Shown here in pieces: positions 48,965-62,253 of a stretch of DNA of 64,000 bases. Position numbers and translations under genes: made by a program. The DNA lies in assembly GCF_018977255.1 (NCBI RefSeq), contig NW_024704743.1, positions 99,140,001-99,204,000 of the forward strand. The letters run 5' to 3'. This DNA is from Callorhinchus milii. Its lineage: Eukaryota. The notes below the pieces were generated by a model. It was given only the letters and a program-made list of their open reading frames with translations, was not told where the DNA came from and ran no database searches. Each line of letters begins with the position of its first letter. Within the stretch, counting starts at the first letter, position 1.

Positions 48965-49450
48965 TAGAGCACAGAAACTGGTCATTCGGGCCAACTAGTC
49001 CATGCCACCCGATCTCCTCTTCTACATCCATCTATTCCCTTCTCCCTGATGTATCGAGTTTTCTTTAAATACATTGATGCTTTTTGCTTTAACCATTCCT
49101 GCAGTGAGTTTCACATTCTCACCAACATCTGCGTGAAGGAGTTCCTCCTAAACTCCTGATTAGATTTACTACTAAACATATTATATTTATGCCCCTCGTG
49201 TTGGACTCTCCAATAAGTGGAAGCACCTTATCAATGTCCATCTTATAAAATCTTTTCATATTCTTAAGCATCCCTATCAGCTCCCCTTTCAATTGTTTCA
49301 TCTCCAGAGAGAAAAGCTCCAACATGTCCAATCTTTCTTGATAGCTGTATCCATTCACTGGTAACATCCTTGTAAATCTACACTGTACTCTCCAATCCTA
49401 CAATATTTTTCTTGTAATATGTGGACCAGAACTGCATACAGTACTCAGTT
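48965..49450 (-). mobile_element. Old CR1 3' fragment
   Basis: YSYQERLDMLELFSLEMKQLKGELI..PLIGESNTRG; CR1 tail. Confidence 0.8.
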
Positions 49451-50689
49451 TTTGTATCACTTATCTTACATGTTGTGTGTGTGTGTGGGAGGGGGGAAGG
49501 ATTAACCACAGTGCATTGTGCATCGTTTACATAAAATTTTTGTAAACATTGGAAACTAGATGTGTGTAGTTGGAAAAGTCTTCTGTAAGTAGAAGATTTG
49601 ACTATAGGTGGAACTGAGTTCTGTATCCAATAGACAGTTGATCTAGTGATGGTGTAAACTGAAGAATGGCAGACTTTCTTCTCAGATTATTAAACAACAA
49701 CTTGCGTTTATACAGGGGAGTTGTCTTTATGGGGGTAGCATATCGGAGGATAACAAGGAACAATCCGGAAGTCACAAGATCACAAGATTTGTCTGGATGA
49801 AGACTGTCCTTCGGCCCATCAAATCTCACCACTCCAGAACATCCCTACAGTGACACCACCCCCCACCCCCATCACTGCATCAAGCTACTTTTTAAATGAG
49901 TCCAGCGTTCTGGCTTCTGCCATCTTTCCTCGCAACCTGTTCCAGTTGTTGATTACCTGTGGTGTTAAGAAAAAAATCCTAGTATCTGTCCTAAAATTTC
50001 CCTTTATAATTCTAAACCTATGTGCTCTTGTTCTACTGCCCTGATACATCCTAAAGTATTGTTGTGGGATTACTTGGAGGAAGATTTCAGCAACCTTTCC
50101 CGCCCTGTTCCATACTAAACTAAGACAATAATATAAGGATTCTTGATTGATAAGTTTAATAACTTAATTTACATTTTACTATATATCTCATGTCAAGTTT
50201 ACTTTAAATACAGACATGCTTTGAAACCATTGGTTTCAGATTTCCATGGAGTGCATCCACAACAACAAGAACTATTTGCAGTTTTTTTTACAGAGGCTTC
50301 GGAGATCTGTCTGTGATCCTCCTTAGGGCTCTGGGCTTTCCCCTCCCTGTTCCCCTCAAAGAGGTGAGCTGTAGATGGATTTATGTGGTGGAGAGGGCTG
50401 AGCCCTCTCTAGCCCTAGTTACCCTTGCTAAGCCTCTAACCAGTTTTGTACTATGAAAATAGCAAATAATATGCCTACTTAAAAGTGAATCAATGTTGGA
50501 ATCATAATAGGTGTAGATCAGTGTTTCTTTTGTGATATTACAGCTTGTAGAAACCATAGTGGATAAGAACTTCTTGCAATATGTCAGTCACATAGACCTG
50601 CTAAATACGCTTCAAAGCAAATTGTTCATTTTATGTCTGTTTCAATCTCATGATTCAATGGCCTTTTGTGAAAGGCTGAACAGGATACG

Positions 50690-50990
50690 CATCTTCCTCT
50701 GAGGACACCAACATTAGGTCATAATAAATGGCCACCCGTTTTGTTATCGCAACACCTACATTCAGAGGTCCCTCAGGAAAGTGCGCTTGGTTCCACTCTG
50801 TTTCTTGTCTTCAGCAAGGACCTGGTGGATGTTATCAAAAGTGACGTTGTTCTCTTTGCTGATGACACTACCTTCTACAGAGTGGTTAACGCCCCATCTG
50901 AAAGACAAGTGGTGACCAGATCACTGCAAGCAGATATAGAAAGAATTGGATAGCAGGCAGACAACGGCTGTGTTAGATTCAGTCAACACA
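50690..50990 (+). mobile_element. Degenerate non-LTR RT fragment
   Basis: SEVPQESALGSTLFLVFSKDL..VVLFADDTT..LQADIERIG, a decayed GVPQGS..FADD RT core. Confidence 0.75.
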
Positions 50991-53900
50991 CCTGTTGGAA
51001 CAGGCAGAAAGTGATGCTGACTGGCCACCTTTACTCTTTCAGGGCTATAGTCAGTTACAGGAATTCAGCTCCTAGCAATCCCAACCCCACTATACTGGAG
51101 AAACAATTGCTCAAACCTATTTTCCATCACCGGGACTTTCAGAGTTTTAGAAAGCCTACATCCCCTAGTAATGGAATATTACAGGTTTGTCTCTCATTCA
51201 TGGATTCAGTGCACTCCAAAGCTATGCAGACCAGTCGATTTGATGAGAATAGCATACGACATGCCAACATTCATTTCTTCAATATCAGATATGTGTGACT
51301 GGAGAGATACCACAAGGGTTTTACCACTAAACCAGATCACTATGTTCATGCCAGGAACCTAAATAGCTGTATTTTGGGCCAATCCAAGAAGTCCATAAAG
51401 AGTCCCCACAAAAGCACTTCACATGCCTTTGCCACACAAAATGATCACCTCTGAGGAACTGTCTTTCAGTCATCTCACCCTTCCCTTTTTTCTTTGATTA
51501 ACAGTCCTTAACTTATATAAGAACATATACATTAAGTCCTTAACTTAATGATAATTTATACAGAGAATAATTGTTGCTTTTGAATAATAATAATCAATAA
51601 TATTAATCCTTGCATTTGATATCAGGCTGTTGAAACATCTCAAAATTCTTCACAGGGTTTATTGTAAAATGTATTTGTATTTAGGGTAACAATCAATTTG
51701 AGCACAGCAATGTCCCACAAAGAGCCATGAAGAATGACCAATTTTATCTTGAAAACTGTTGGCCAGGACATTGGAAGAAACTTTAGAATGAGAGGCATGG
51801 AATCTTTAAGTCCATCTGAACAGGCAGACGGGACTTTAGTTTTAAGGTCTCATCTGAAGGACAACACTTCCAACAATGTGGCAGACTCCCAGCACTGTAC
51901 TGGAATGTCAGCCCACTGAATAAAAGATATTAAAGAATTCATCAGTCTATGGCAAATCAGTTGACTGTCGATATCCCAGTAAATTATATCCAACTTTATA
52001 TGTGCTCCCATAACCACTAAATTCACTGTTTTAAGACATCTGATTTTGTTAATGTGGCCTCCTTGTTGTGCAAACTAATATGCATCAAAGAAACTGAAGC
52101 AAAACAAAACATTTGCAATACCCAGTTAATCTTCTGTCATCTTATGATCTTGCTTCATTCCAGTATTTGAGTTTTCCTGTATTCTAACCTGAGGCCATAG
52201 GACCTCTTCTGTTTATTATATTCCACACTGAAACACACAAAAATTATAGTCACAGCCTCTATACAATGGAAAAGACACATTTGATTTTGAAAGCTGCAAA
52301 GGACCCAGAGCTGAAATGTGATAATACTGTGACTCACACTCAATTAGGCAATACTGCTCTTCAAGTGTACCAAAACAACCCTCAATCTATATCGAATGAG
52401 TCACACAATAACTTTACATAACTTTCAGCATTATAATTGAATGTAGAAACATCCCTGTAGAATTTATATGCAGGAATGTGTTTTTATTTTGCAATATCCT
52501 GGCAAAACTCAACTGTAACATTCATCAAAGGGTCCAGCGATTGCTTTTTGCTTAATTGAATTCTGATTATTTTATTGATGCAACTTAAGAGTTTAGACAC
52601 TTTCTTGGGTCACAGAACATTTGCTGCCATTTTCAACAGATTATTGTTCAAGACTTACTAAGTGGCTCAATATGTTTACTCAATAAGTAGAACCGTGACA
52701 GCATAACAAGACGACACAGATTTAGATTTGCAAAAGGCAACTTCAGGACAGACACCAAGAAATATTTCTATACCCAGAAGCTAATTAACAGTTGGAACAG
52801 GTTACAAGGAAGGGTGGTTGAAGCCAGGACACTGGTCTGGGTATTCTGGAAGGATGAGATCAAATGGGCTAAAATACCTTCATTTAAACCTCTTGTGTGA
52901 TTATTTGAACCTGGAAGTTCTTTGGTTAAATTACCAGGCTGTCAGATGACTCAAGGATGACACGTGAATAATAATTACTTGGACATGAAAAAGCCTGGAG
53001 GATAAACCATCCCTGGGAGTTCACAATCTAGGCTGACACTCCAGTTCCATTCTGGGGGAGCACTGCATTATTGGTGTTACCATCCTTCAGATGATATGCT
53101 GAACCAAGCTCCCTCCTGTCTGTTTAGGTGGGTGTTAAAGATCGTGTCCTGGCAAACAATCCTCCATATTAATTAAACATTCACTTCATAGTTGTTCGTG
53201 GAACCTTGCTGTTGTTTTTGTTGCTGCTGGATGTTAGTAGTAATATTATTAATTATTATAATTAAACGCATGACTCAGTATTGTAATTGAAACTAAAAAC
53301 TTTTCATGAGGTGAACTGTCTGCATAAGGCTGTGTCTTTCAACTCATAAACACTAATATAATTACAGCCTTTTTAATGAGACTGGCAGACAAGAATTGTG
53401 TTGTAATTGGACATAACTACGATCCAGGTCATTCTGACTTTGTCTCAATTAACTGGGTTGGATATGTGTAACTAATACTACTCATTCAAATCTGCCAAAT
53501 GCCACACCATATGATTGCTATTAAGTTACAAATAAACAACTAAATGTCTCCAGATTTGTAGCAAAATAACTGTAATTACATTTTGTCCTCGATCCAGAAA
53601 ATCTATGAGGAAATCTCTGGACCTTCAGGAGACAACCAGAACCTCAACTACAAAACTGTTGAACTAAAGAACTAAATCAGCCCATCAGTGCCTAGAATGT
53701 ACAACACGTTGTAACCTTTATAGTTTTCTCCAAAATTCTGTGCATAACCCTTGGTACCAGTGAGAGTTTGCCTGTACTTTAATTCTAAAAGACTAGCACT
53801 CAATACCTAGTACAGTAAACTAGCACTATAAAGAAAGGTTTTTGTTGTACTTCTGTATGTGCAATCACCCTTCCTTATAACCTGTTCCAGTTGTTAATTT

Positions 53901-56900
53901 CTATGCCTTTGGTTCTATTTCCTGGTGTCTGTCCTGAAATTGCTCTTTGTAATTCTAATATTATAATATCCGTTGATGGTAAAAATATCATAAAATCAGG
54001 TTTATTGCTAACTATTATTATTTCAGTGATTGGCAATGGGTCATGAACCAAAATTGCTTCATTGCAAAAGTCGGCTGTGTATACTGGCATGTGTAATCAC
54101 AGTACTAGGCTATAGTAATACAGTTTCATTGGATCTGCAGATGGCTTGCCTGAGTTCCAGCCATACTTATATCTTAAATATGTTCACCCTGCTGTGTCTG
54201 CTTTTCATGACAATAAGTTTTCAAACTGCTTATCATAGTACCTCAGATTTCCTCTTACTGGTCTAAAATATCCCTTGCTTCCAACAGTAACTCCAAGTGT
54301 AACTTTTCAAATTGCCAGTTAGCCAGAGGTGCCAAATTCTGCCCAGGCTGAAGATGACAGCCCAACTGAAACCACCGAGGAAAAAACATTGCGTTTTGAT
54401 CTTAAGAATAAAACATGCCTTTGATATACAACGTATCACATTTAACTGAAACAGCTCATACATAGAGGTTGAAAGTGCACTCTTCAGAAATGTAGTAACA
54501 GTGACTCTGTGACCTCCTTCAATCTACCAACCCGGCCACTCCCTTTCTCAGTGAGCATTGGCCTGCTTTATGTCCCCCATCCTATCTGCCCCGACATCGG
54601 TGGGCGGCTTTTATCCTTTCTTCGCTGATCTGTGGAACTCCATCCTGCAGTCCCACCAACTCACTCCCTCTCTTACCTCATTTAAAATCTGTCTCAAGAT
54701 GTCACCTTTCCTCTCCTCATTCTCTCGTTGCATTCCTACTCCCAGCTCAGTTGTCTAGTCAGCACTTTGGGACATCCTCCCGACGTGAAAGGCGCTATAT
54801 ACAGTAAATGTAAATTGAATTGTAATCCCATTCAAAATCTTGGCTCTGTTCTATTGCTGCCTTGGGAATGTCTGATGTTGACACATGTGGAAAATGTGGA
54901 AAAAATATCAATTCTGCAGTCCTGTCAGCTCCCACTGTTTCATGAGGCCAAAATACACTGTGGATGCTGGGAAATAGTTGTTATGAAAATGATTGTCTTT
55001 AACATGTGGGTTTCCTGATGACACGTCTCAAGAGTTAGAACTGCGATGTCCAAATATGTAACAAAAATAGTTCAATAAAACTCATGTCTCGTCGGCTACA
55101 ATACTGCAGCCTATAAGCCATTGTGATGGAGTGTCTTCAATTTTCACTCCATAATATACACGCTCATACAGTAATGTTGTAGTCTTGTGGAATCAGGAAA
55201 TAGCCTGTTCAGGAGACAAATTATAGTTTTATAATATACACCAAAAAAATTCACAGGATGTTTATATACAAGATATCCGTAATGAAAGGAGTCGCAATGA
55301 AGTTAGCAAATGCATTTCAGAGCTAGAATTATTAAAGAACGATCTTAGTAAGCATCTGGAACACAGATGCTAATTGCAGTTTGAATAGCTATAAACAACG
55401 CTGCTAAAATGTTTCAGTAATTATTGCTGCTGGACTAAAATTGCTAAAATTGTTTTTTGACATTTCATTCACCCCAACTTTTGCTAACTTGAATATTGTT
55501 TGTTCCATTATTACTAGCACAACAACGCTCTGTGAAACAAATTGCACTTTGGTTTCTGTGAAACATCTATATCCCGAGCAGACAAACTTTTAAAAATGTA
55601 GCCGTTGTTTTGCTAGGGTTCCCCGCACACACCTCCTTTACAGGGCCTTGGGACTTCCTCCCGACATGAAAGGCGCTATACAAATGTAATTTTGTTGTTG
55701 TTGTTGCAGGACGACCACAGCCTCGGCCCTCCATTATCGTTTTTAGTACTTCTGTGTTCTGGTGAACTGTGTACTCAGGTTCATGCACATGAATATTTGT
55801 TAAAGAAATAAAATGATTGGAGACTAATGTAACACATTAACATAGAAACAGGAGGAGAGCATTCAAATCGTGGAGTCACTCCGCATTTTATTATATCATG
55901 GCAGATGTTTTGATCCCATTGCCCCAGCTCTGAATTTTTTCCAACTCTTGTTCCTTAACTGCCCTACTTTCCAGGTGCACTATCTAGTTGGGTATCTGCA
56001 CCCTGGCTATCCCAATGCTCACTCTCGGACTCTGATGGAGAAGTTGACTCCAGGGCTTCTGGGACGCTCATGTAAAATGGCAAAAATATTTAAGTGCAGC
56101 CTGAATGAGAAGGTATGTGATTGCGATTTGCACAGCATGACTGTGAGCCCGCAGTGTGAAGGTGTTTATTTAGCAATCTACAATGTAGTGTTAGAGTTGG
56201 GGAGATGGGAGATGTGTTTCAACTGCATTCCTTCCAGGTGAGTGGCAAGTATTTCATCACACTCCTGACTTGAGTCTTGTAGGTGGAGGTGAGGGTTTGA
56301 GGCATTGAAGGTGAGCCACTCTTCTTAAAGTAACTGTCTGTCAATGGGTAATAAGCTCCATTCCGTGTTTCGTGTATTGCCTTTGGCGATGTCAGCCACT
56401 AATGGGATTTCCCATTATAGAATCTCATCACCACGAGCGATAGGTGTAATGTTGTTATAAACTTTTACCCCAACGTCATTGCACCACCAACTGTGTCTGT
56501 CACTACACTCTGTTTAATGTCAAACCAATGTAAAAAACAAAACAATGTCAGCATTACGAGGGTTATTCTGCTCTGTTTGCTCATTGTAGCAAACACATTC
56601 ATGTGTGATCTGGGCTAATCTCCTCTCTATAAGCAAAATTTGTGCTTTTAAATAACACAAGTGCAATTTAATAAACCAAATTACATTGTAAATATAAAAC
56701 AAAATGAGATGTATAAAATTCCATCAATACAAGCACATATAAAAATTGGCACTTTTAAATGGGATTACTTGATTTAGGATTATGAAGGTCCATCACCCTG
56801 ACTTGTGGGAACACTTTCCAAATGATCTTGTTTAGGAGCAGGGTGCCTCTGATTTGGGGTGGTGTCCTTCTCGTTATTCAATCCAGTTGAATCTCATTTG

Positions 56901-58061
56901 AATAGCCCATTTCAACACATTTGCCCCCATTGAACGGGAGCAAAATAAAACCCTTTGTGCAAATTCATGCCTCAGGCTGATCTTCCCCTACTTGGTTGAG
57001 GAGAATGTCTCTGGGATGAGTTTGGAGCTAGCTATTCCAGGAATCCAGCCTGCCTTAAATGTTCCCAGTGCAGTGATGGAAACACATTAGCTGCAAGTAC
57101 CTTAAGCAGATTGTACACAACAGTAGACTTTTGTATATGAAAGTAATACATGAGTTACACTATCAAACAGTAATCAGCAAATGAAGCCCAGACATTTCTC
57201 AGGACAGAAGAGTTTTCTTAAACCAGAAATGGGAGAAGCCTAATATAACTATTATCCAAGGTCATGTTGTATGCAATAAAAGTTCAGTATCAAGAGGGTT
57301 TCTTATAGATTTACAATTCGAGACCTGAAGTCTCCAATTTCTTACACTTTTGGGACATTTAAATGTACTGAATGCATCTCTCCCAGTTCCCTCCACACTC
57401 GCTTGTTTATGTAGAACTCCTTTGAGTACTGAATATCTTTTGCAGCTTTCACAGTGTACATAGATTTTCTATAACATTTGTAAATAAGCAGCTGCAACAT
57501 TTATCGTATTTGCTTGATTTCTGAAGGAAACATGGACAAATTTAACACAGCACAGACCATTCACATTAGGATTGGGTGAATAAATGATCCATGTTATAAC
57601 ATCAGTTATAGTTTGCATTTCAACATTGACATAAAAATTGGTTAACATGCAGGTTGAAATTATTAGCAAGTTAGACTGTTTAGTAGTCCAGTATTACTTA
57701 TGGCAGAAATCCAGTCCTTATGGCGCAGATTTAGACCTTATGGTAGAGATTTAGGTCTTAAGGCAAAGATTCTTGATGCCAATACCCCTTTTAGTTGGAT
57801 TTAATGGAAGACTGAAGTAATATAGTTATGGCCTGACACTGCACTAAATACAAATATATTTTCATTATAACAGTTCTCACCTACTTCACCTGGCATTTAA
57901 AGAGGTATTACGTGCCACACAGTTCTGAGAGTAATAAAATAAATTAGGCTCCAATCATTCCATATTTGGTTCAAATAGCACCCTCTTAAATGATAATGGT
58001 TTCAGAAAGTTCATGCTATTTAAAAGCTTATATCAGGATAAAGCTCCATTATAGCTTTATC

Positions 58062-59027
58062 TATATCTATGTGCTCCCTCTGGGCCATGTCATCCGCAGA
58101 TACGGGATAAACTTCCACATGTATGTGGATGACACACAAATCTACTTTGCCTTGTCCAGTACCAACTCCAGGTCCCCCGATGTTCTATCAGCTTGTCTGG
58201 TAGACATCAAGGCCTGGATGAGTGCAAACTTCCTGCAGTTGAATGTGGACAAGATAGAAGCCATACTCCTTCTGTCAATGTCTTCACTCCTGCGGATCTA
58301 AACGCCTCAGCCTCCCTGGGCTCTCTCTCATACTGATCGAAACAGTGCGCAATCTAGGCGTTGAGTTCGACGCCCAGCTGTCCTTCCTCCCCCACGTTGG
58401 TCTCTGACCAGGACTGCCTTCCTCCATCTCCGCCACATTGACTGCCGCCAACCGTACCTTACCCCAAATGCAGCCTAAACCTTCATCGGAGGTTGCGCTT
58501 TCAGCCGCTATGCCCAAAATAATAATAATAACCTTGCATTTGATATAGTGCTTCTCACGTCTTCTCGACGCCTCAAAGTACTTTGCCACAGAATAGACTA
58601 TAAAGTGAATTGACTATATATTTGTGGGCGAAAAGCAGCAGCCAATTGCACACAGCAGTGTCCCACAAACAGTCATGGATTGAAAATGACCAATTTATTA
58701 TTGTTTTGGAGGGATTATTATTAGGCGCGTGGAATAAGGAAACTTGCCAAGGTTTCGCCTTGCCTGGAATTGAACCCAGGTCTCTCGCTTGCAAGGCGAG
58801 TGCTCTAACCACTGAGCTACAGGACATCGTAATACTCCCTGAATCCTTTCACCTTGGCCCCTCTCTCCCCCTTTTCAAGTCCCACCTGAAAACCTTCCTC
58901 TTCAATCGTGCTTACGGCCACCTCTCCCCTCCCTCAACTCCCGGCTTGGAGTCAGGCCTCCGCCACTGTTAAGGGCTCTGAGACACTACCCTGCATGGAG
59001 GGCACTATATAAGTTCGAGTTGTTGTA
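58062..59027 (+). mobile_element. Old, internally deleted L2 fragment with a nested tRNA(Ala) SINE (58518-58826, minus strand)
   Basis: IYVLPLGHVIRRYGINFHMYVDDTQIY..NFLQLNVDKIEA before the SINE; FKSHLKTFLFNRAY and an L2 tail after it. Confidence 0.88.
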
Positions 59028-60371
59028 TAGCCTTATACTTGGGCTCCCACAATGCTAATGCGAACAATATTTATTTTGTTATTTTAATTCCAAATGGAAA
59101 TCAAAACCTGGGAGTTTATTTTTATCTTTCCTTAGAAGCTGTACCACTGGCTGAAATATTTCCTGACTGTTCTTTCTAGGGAGAAAAACTGAACACTTTG
59201 CCACTTCTAAAGCTGTACCTGCGGATTCCTGCCTGCTCGTCACAGTAGGGTCTAATTTGCGAGGTGTGTAAACCATGTGTAAATGCATTACAGGTGGCCC
59301 TTCTTCTGAATGCAACAACCAATGAAATCAAACCAATGGAAGGGATATATAGGTGCAGATTATAATGAAATAAATGCCAAAAAGTCGAGAAATCCTTCTC
59401 CAGAATAAGCAGAGGGAAAGATGCCGGGAATGAAACATCCAATAGGCCTTTGTGGTGACAATGTGCATTTGTCATTCAGAAAATTGCAGTTTATGTTAGA
59501 GAGGGGCATAATCTGAACAACGGAATGCCTTTTTAAACTAATCATATGTTATCCTCTCGATTGCAGTTATGGCATATATAAATTATAATTACTCTACTGA
59601 CCGTACCTATATTTGAGATCAATTTCCTTCCAATAAAATTCCTCCATTTGATTTGGAGAAGTCCAGTGCTGAGAGAAAAAGCGATACAGATGTTTTGAGA
59701 GACAGCTAAGTCTCACACAGCTTTCAATCTCAGCTTGCCTTTATTAAAAGAAACTTTGTTGTGTTTATTTTCAAAGCTGCACACTGCAATGACCTGCCTA
59801 TGGTTCACATGACACAAGCCTAACCTTTTCAAGTCTAACCTTCTATCGCACAAGTGGCCATTTTTAAAATTTTCCTTTGAAAGCTGGCAAAACCATATTG
59901 TTGGCAGGAACTCTAATGTACGCACCTGCTCACCATTGACTTACACATAAGATTAAAGTATGTAAACCTTTCACCAGTAATTGGTTAGAATAATTATAAC
60001 ATTTATGCCTCAGAAGTTCCTCTTTATACTATTGTGCGTTTATTGCGAGAAAATTTGTTAAAAGCACACATGGTCAAATTTGTTCTGACCTCTGAGCATG
60101 GTGTCCCAAAATGATTTCTGATATGATTTAAGAATACTTTATTTACTCAATTCTAAGGTGTGGGATTTATCCTTGACATATTCCCTCCAAATCTGGCAGT
60201 GCTTTAAAATCAATGCATATTACATTTACGGGCTTTTCTTTATTTCATGTCTATATCGGAAAAGCTGCAATGAAGTAAACTTAGGCTGTGATGTTGGGAG
60301 GGGAAAAATGATTGTGCCCAAGGTTTCTGCAAGACTTCAGCAGCACTGAGGTAATTGTTTATTTTCCTTAC

Positions 60372-60392
60372 CAGTGCACCGAGAGTTAGAGA
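60372..60392 (-). CDS. Candidate 21-nt in-frame microexon of the COLEC12-like gene, (V)SNSRCT
   Basis: Long TC-rich tract with CTGAC branch-like motifs, then tttatttttcag|TCTCTAACTCTCGGTGCACTG|gtaagg; no stop in phase 1. Confidence 0.3.
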
Positions 60393-61965
60393 CTGAAAAA
60401 TAAACAGAGAGAGCGAGAGACAGAGTCAGAGAAAGAAAGTCAGTGCAAGAGACAGACAGAGAGAGGTAGTTAGAGAGAGACAGTCAGATGGAGACAAACA
60501 GAATGACAGCCCTAGAAAAAGAGAAAGCAGGAGAGAGTTACCGATAGAAAGTCAGAAACACAAAGGCTACTACTTTTTTTATTTGACTGTAAAATACTGT
60601 ACATAGTAAGTGCTCGTTTTCTATGAATAAAAATTGCAATGAAGTTCTTTTTCTCCCTCAAATCTTCTAAAACCTGCCTGTGTCTTAGAATCGAGTAAAT
60701 ATGGTAAGGTATTTTACACCTTCCCCTTTTCTGTGCTGAGCTGGAGGTGAGCTGCCTCCAGACTTCCCTGGCAATGTTCCTCAGACGTGTTTCTACACTG
60801 GGTTTGTAGTTATGTAATGGAAAAGGACCATTAGACTCCTCAGTCCTTCAGATAATACTTTGAATAAAAGGTCTGTCTGCCTGTGCAAGATCCCATGGCA
60901 CTAACAAGGTTACTCCCGGTGTCCTGGCCAACGATCCCCCAAATAAAGAACTTGTCATTCACTTCATGGATGTGGGACATTACTGTGCGGATATTGGCTA
61001 CTATGTTCACCTACATATAATCATTACACCTCACAGCAAATCCTGTAAAGCACTAAAGGTCTGTATAAAATGCAGGGATTAGTATATATGTTTTCGCTGT
61101 AGCTGCTATGCTGTGTACTGGCTGTACATCCTTTGCGGGATGGGAAGCCAATGGAGCCAGGCAAGGATGGGTTGATGGACTCATGAAGCCTAGTGATCAA
61201 TTTTTTTGGGGGGGATTATTGGTCAGGACACTCAGACAAACTCCTTACTCTTTTTGAATAGCGCCATAGGATCTTTAGTGTTCACCTGAACAGGTAGACG
61301 GGAGCCAAAAAGGACCATTAGACTCCTCGGTTCTTCAGATAATACTTTGGTTTCTAATCCAAAAAAGTAATAAGGCATCATACTCCCAGCATTGCATTGC
61401 AATGTCAGCCAAGACCATGTGAGTTCAAAATGTTGCTTACTAACAGTCTATTTCACCTCACCCTGTGCAGTACAATGTGCTGTGTGTTTGTGGAAATGCA
61501 AAGGAATCTCAGTAAGAAGTAACAGCTGTCTTTTATGACTCAGCCATAGCAAACACCATCATGTTTAATGATGTTATTCAGGAAGTGCACTATAGCTGGT
61601 CCACAGGAACACAGAGGAATTTGCAGGAAGGCATTTTAATAAGTGTTGCTTTTTTGAGAATTTGCTCAGAGTTAACTCTTTCTCTGAATTCTCTTTGGAT
61701 CCACTATGTGCCTAAGACTCTGTGGAAAACAAACTTTCATAAGAATGATCCATGGTCCCAAAGCAAAGTATTGTAGTGTAGCTATTGCACAAACTACATG
61801 TACATATGAGAATGATTAGTTTTCAGTGGATGTGCTGAAGGACTTGTTGGGAGAGCACTGCAATGAAATAATAGTTTGCCTGAATGGACAAGCTCCTATT
61901 TGCTACATCACCATTATATTTTAAACAACAGGGTTTAAGAGAAAGTGGATGGGAGAAACAATCCT

Positions 61966-62253
61966 AATAATAATAATAATCCTTGCATTTAATGTAGCAC
62001 TTTTCACATTTTCAATGCGCTTCATAGAATATACTGTATAGTTGTGGGCGAAACGCAGCAGCCAATTGCACACAGTAGTGTACCACAAACAGCCGTGGAT
62101 TGAGTGAACAAATTATTATTGTTTTTTTTCTCTCTCGAGGGATTATTATCAGGCGTGTGGAGAAAGGAAACTTGCCCAAAGTTTTGCCCTGCCGGGAATT
62201 GAACCCAGGTCTCTCGCTTGCAAGGCGAGTGCTCTAACCACTGAGCTACAGGA
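61966..62253 (-). mobile_element. tRNA(Ala)-headed SINE, short form
   Basis: Reverse complement head cctgtagctcagtggttagagcactcgccttgcaagcgagagacctgggttcaattccc. Confidence 0.9.
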
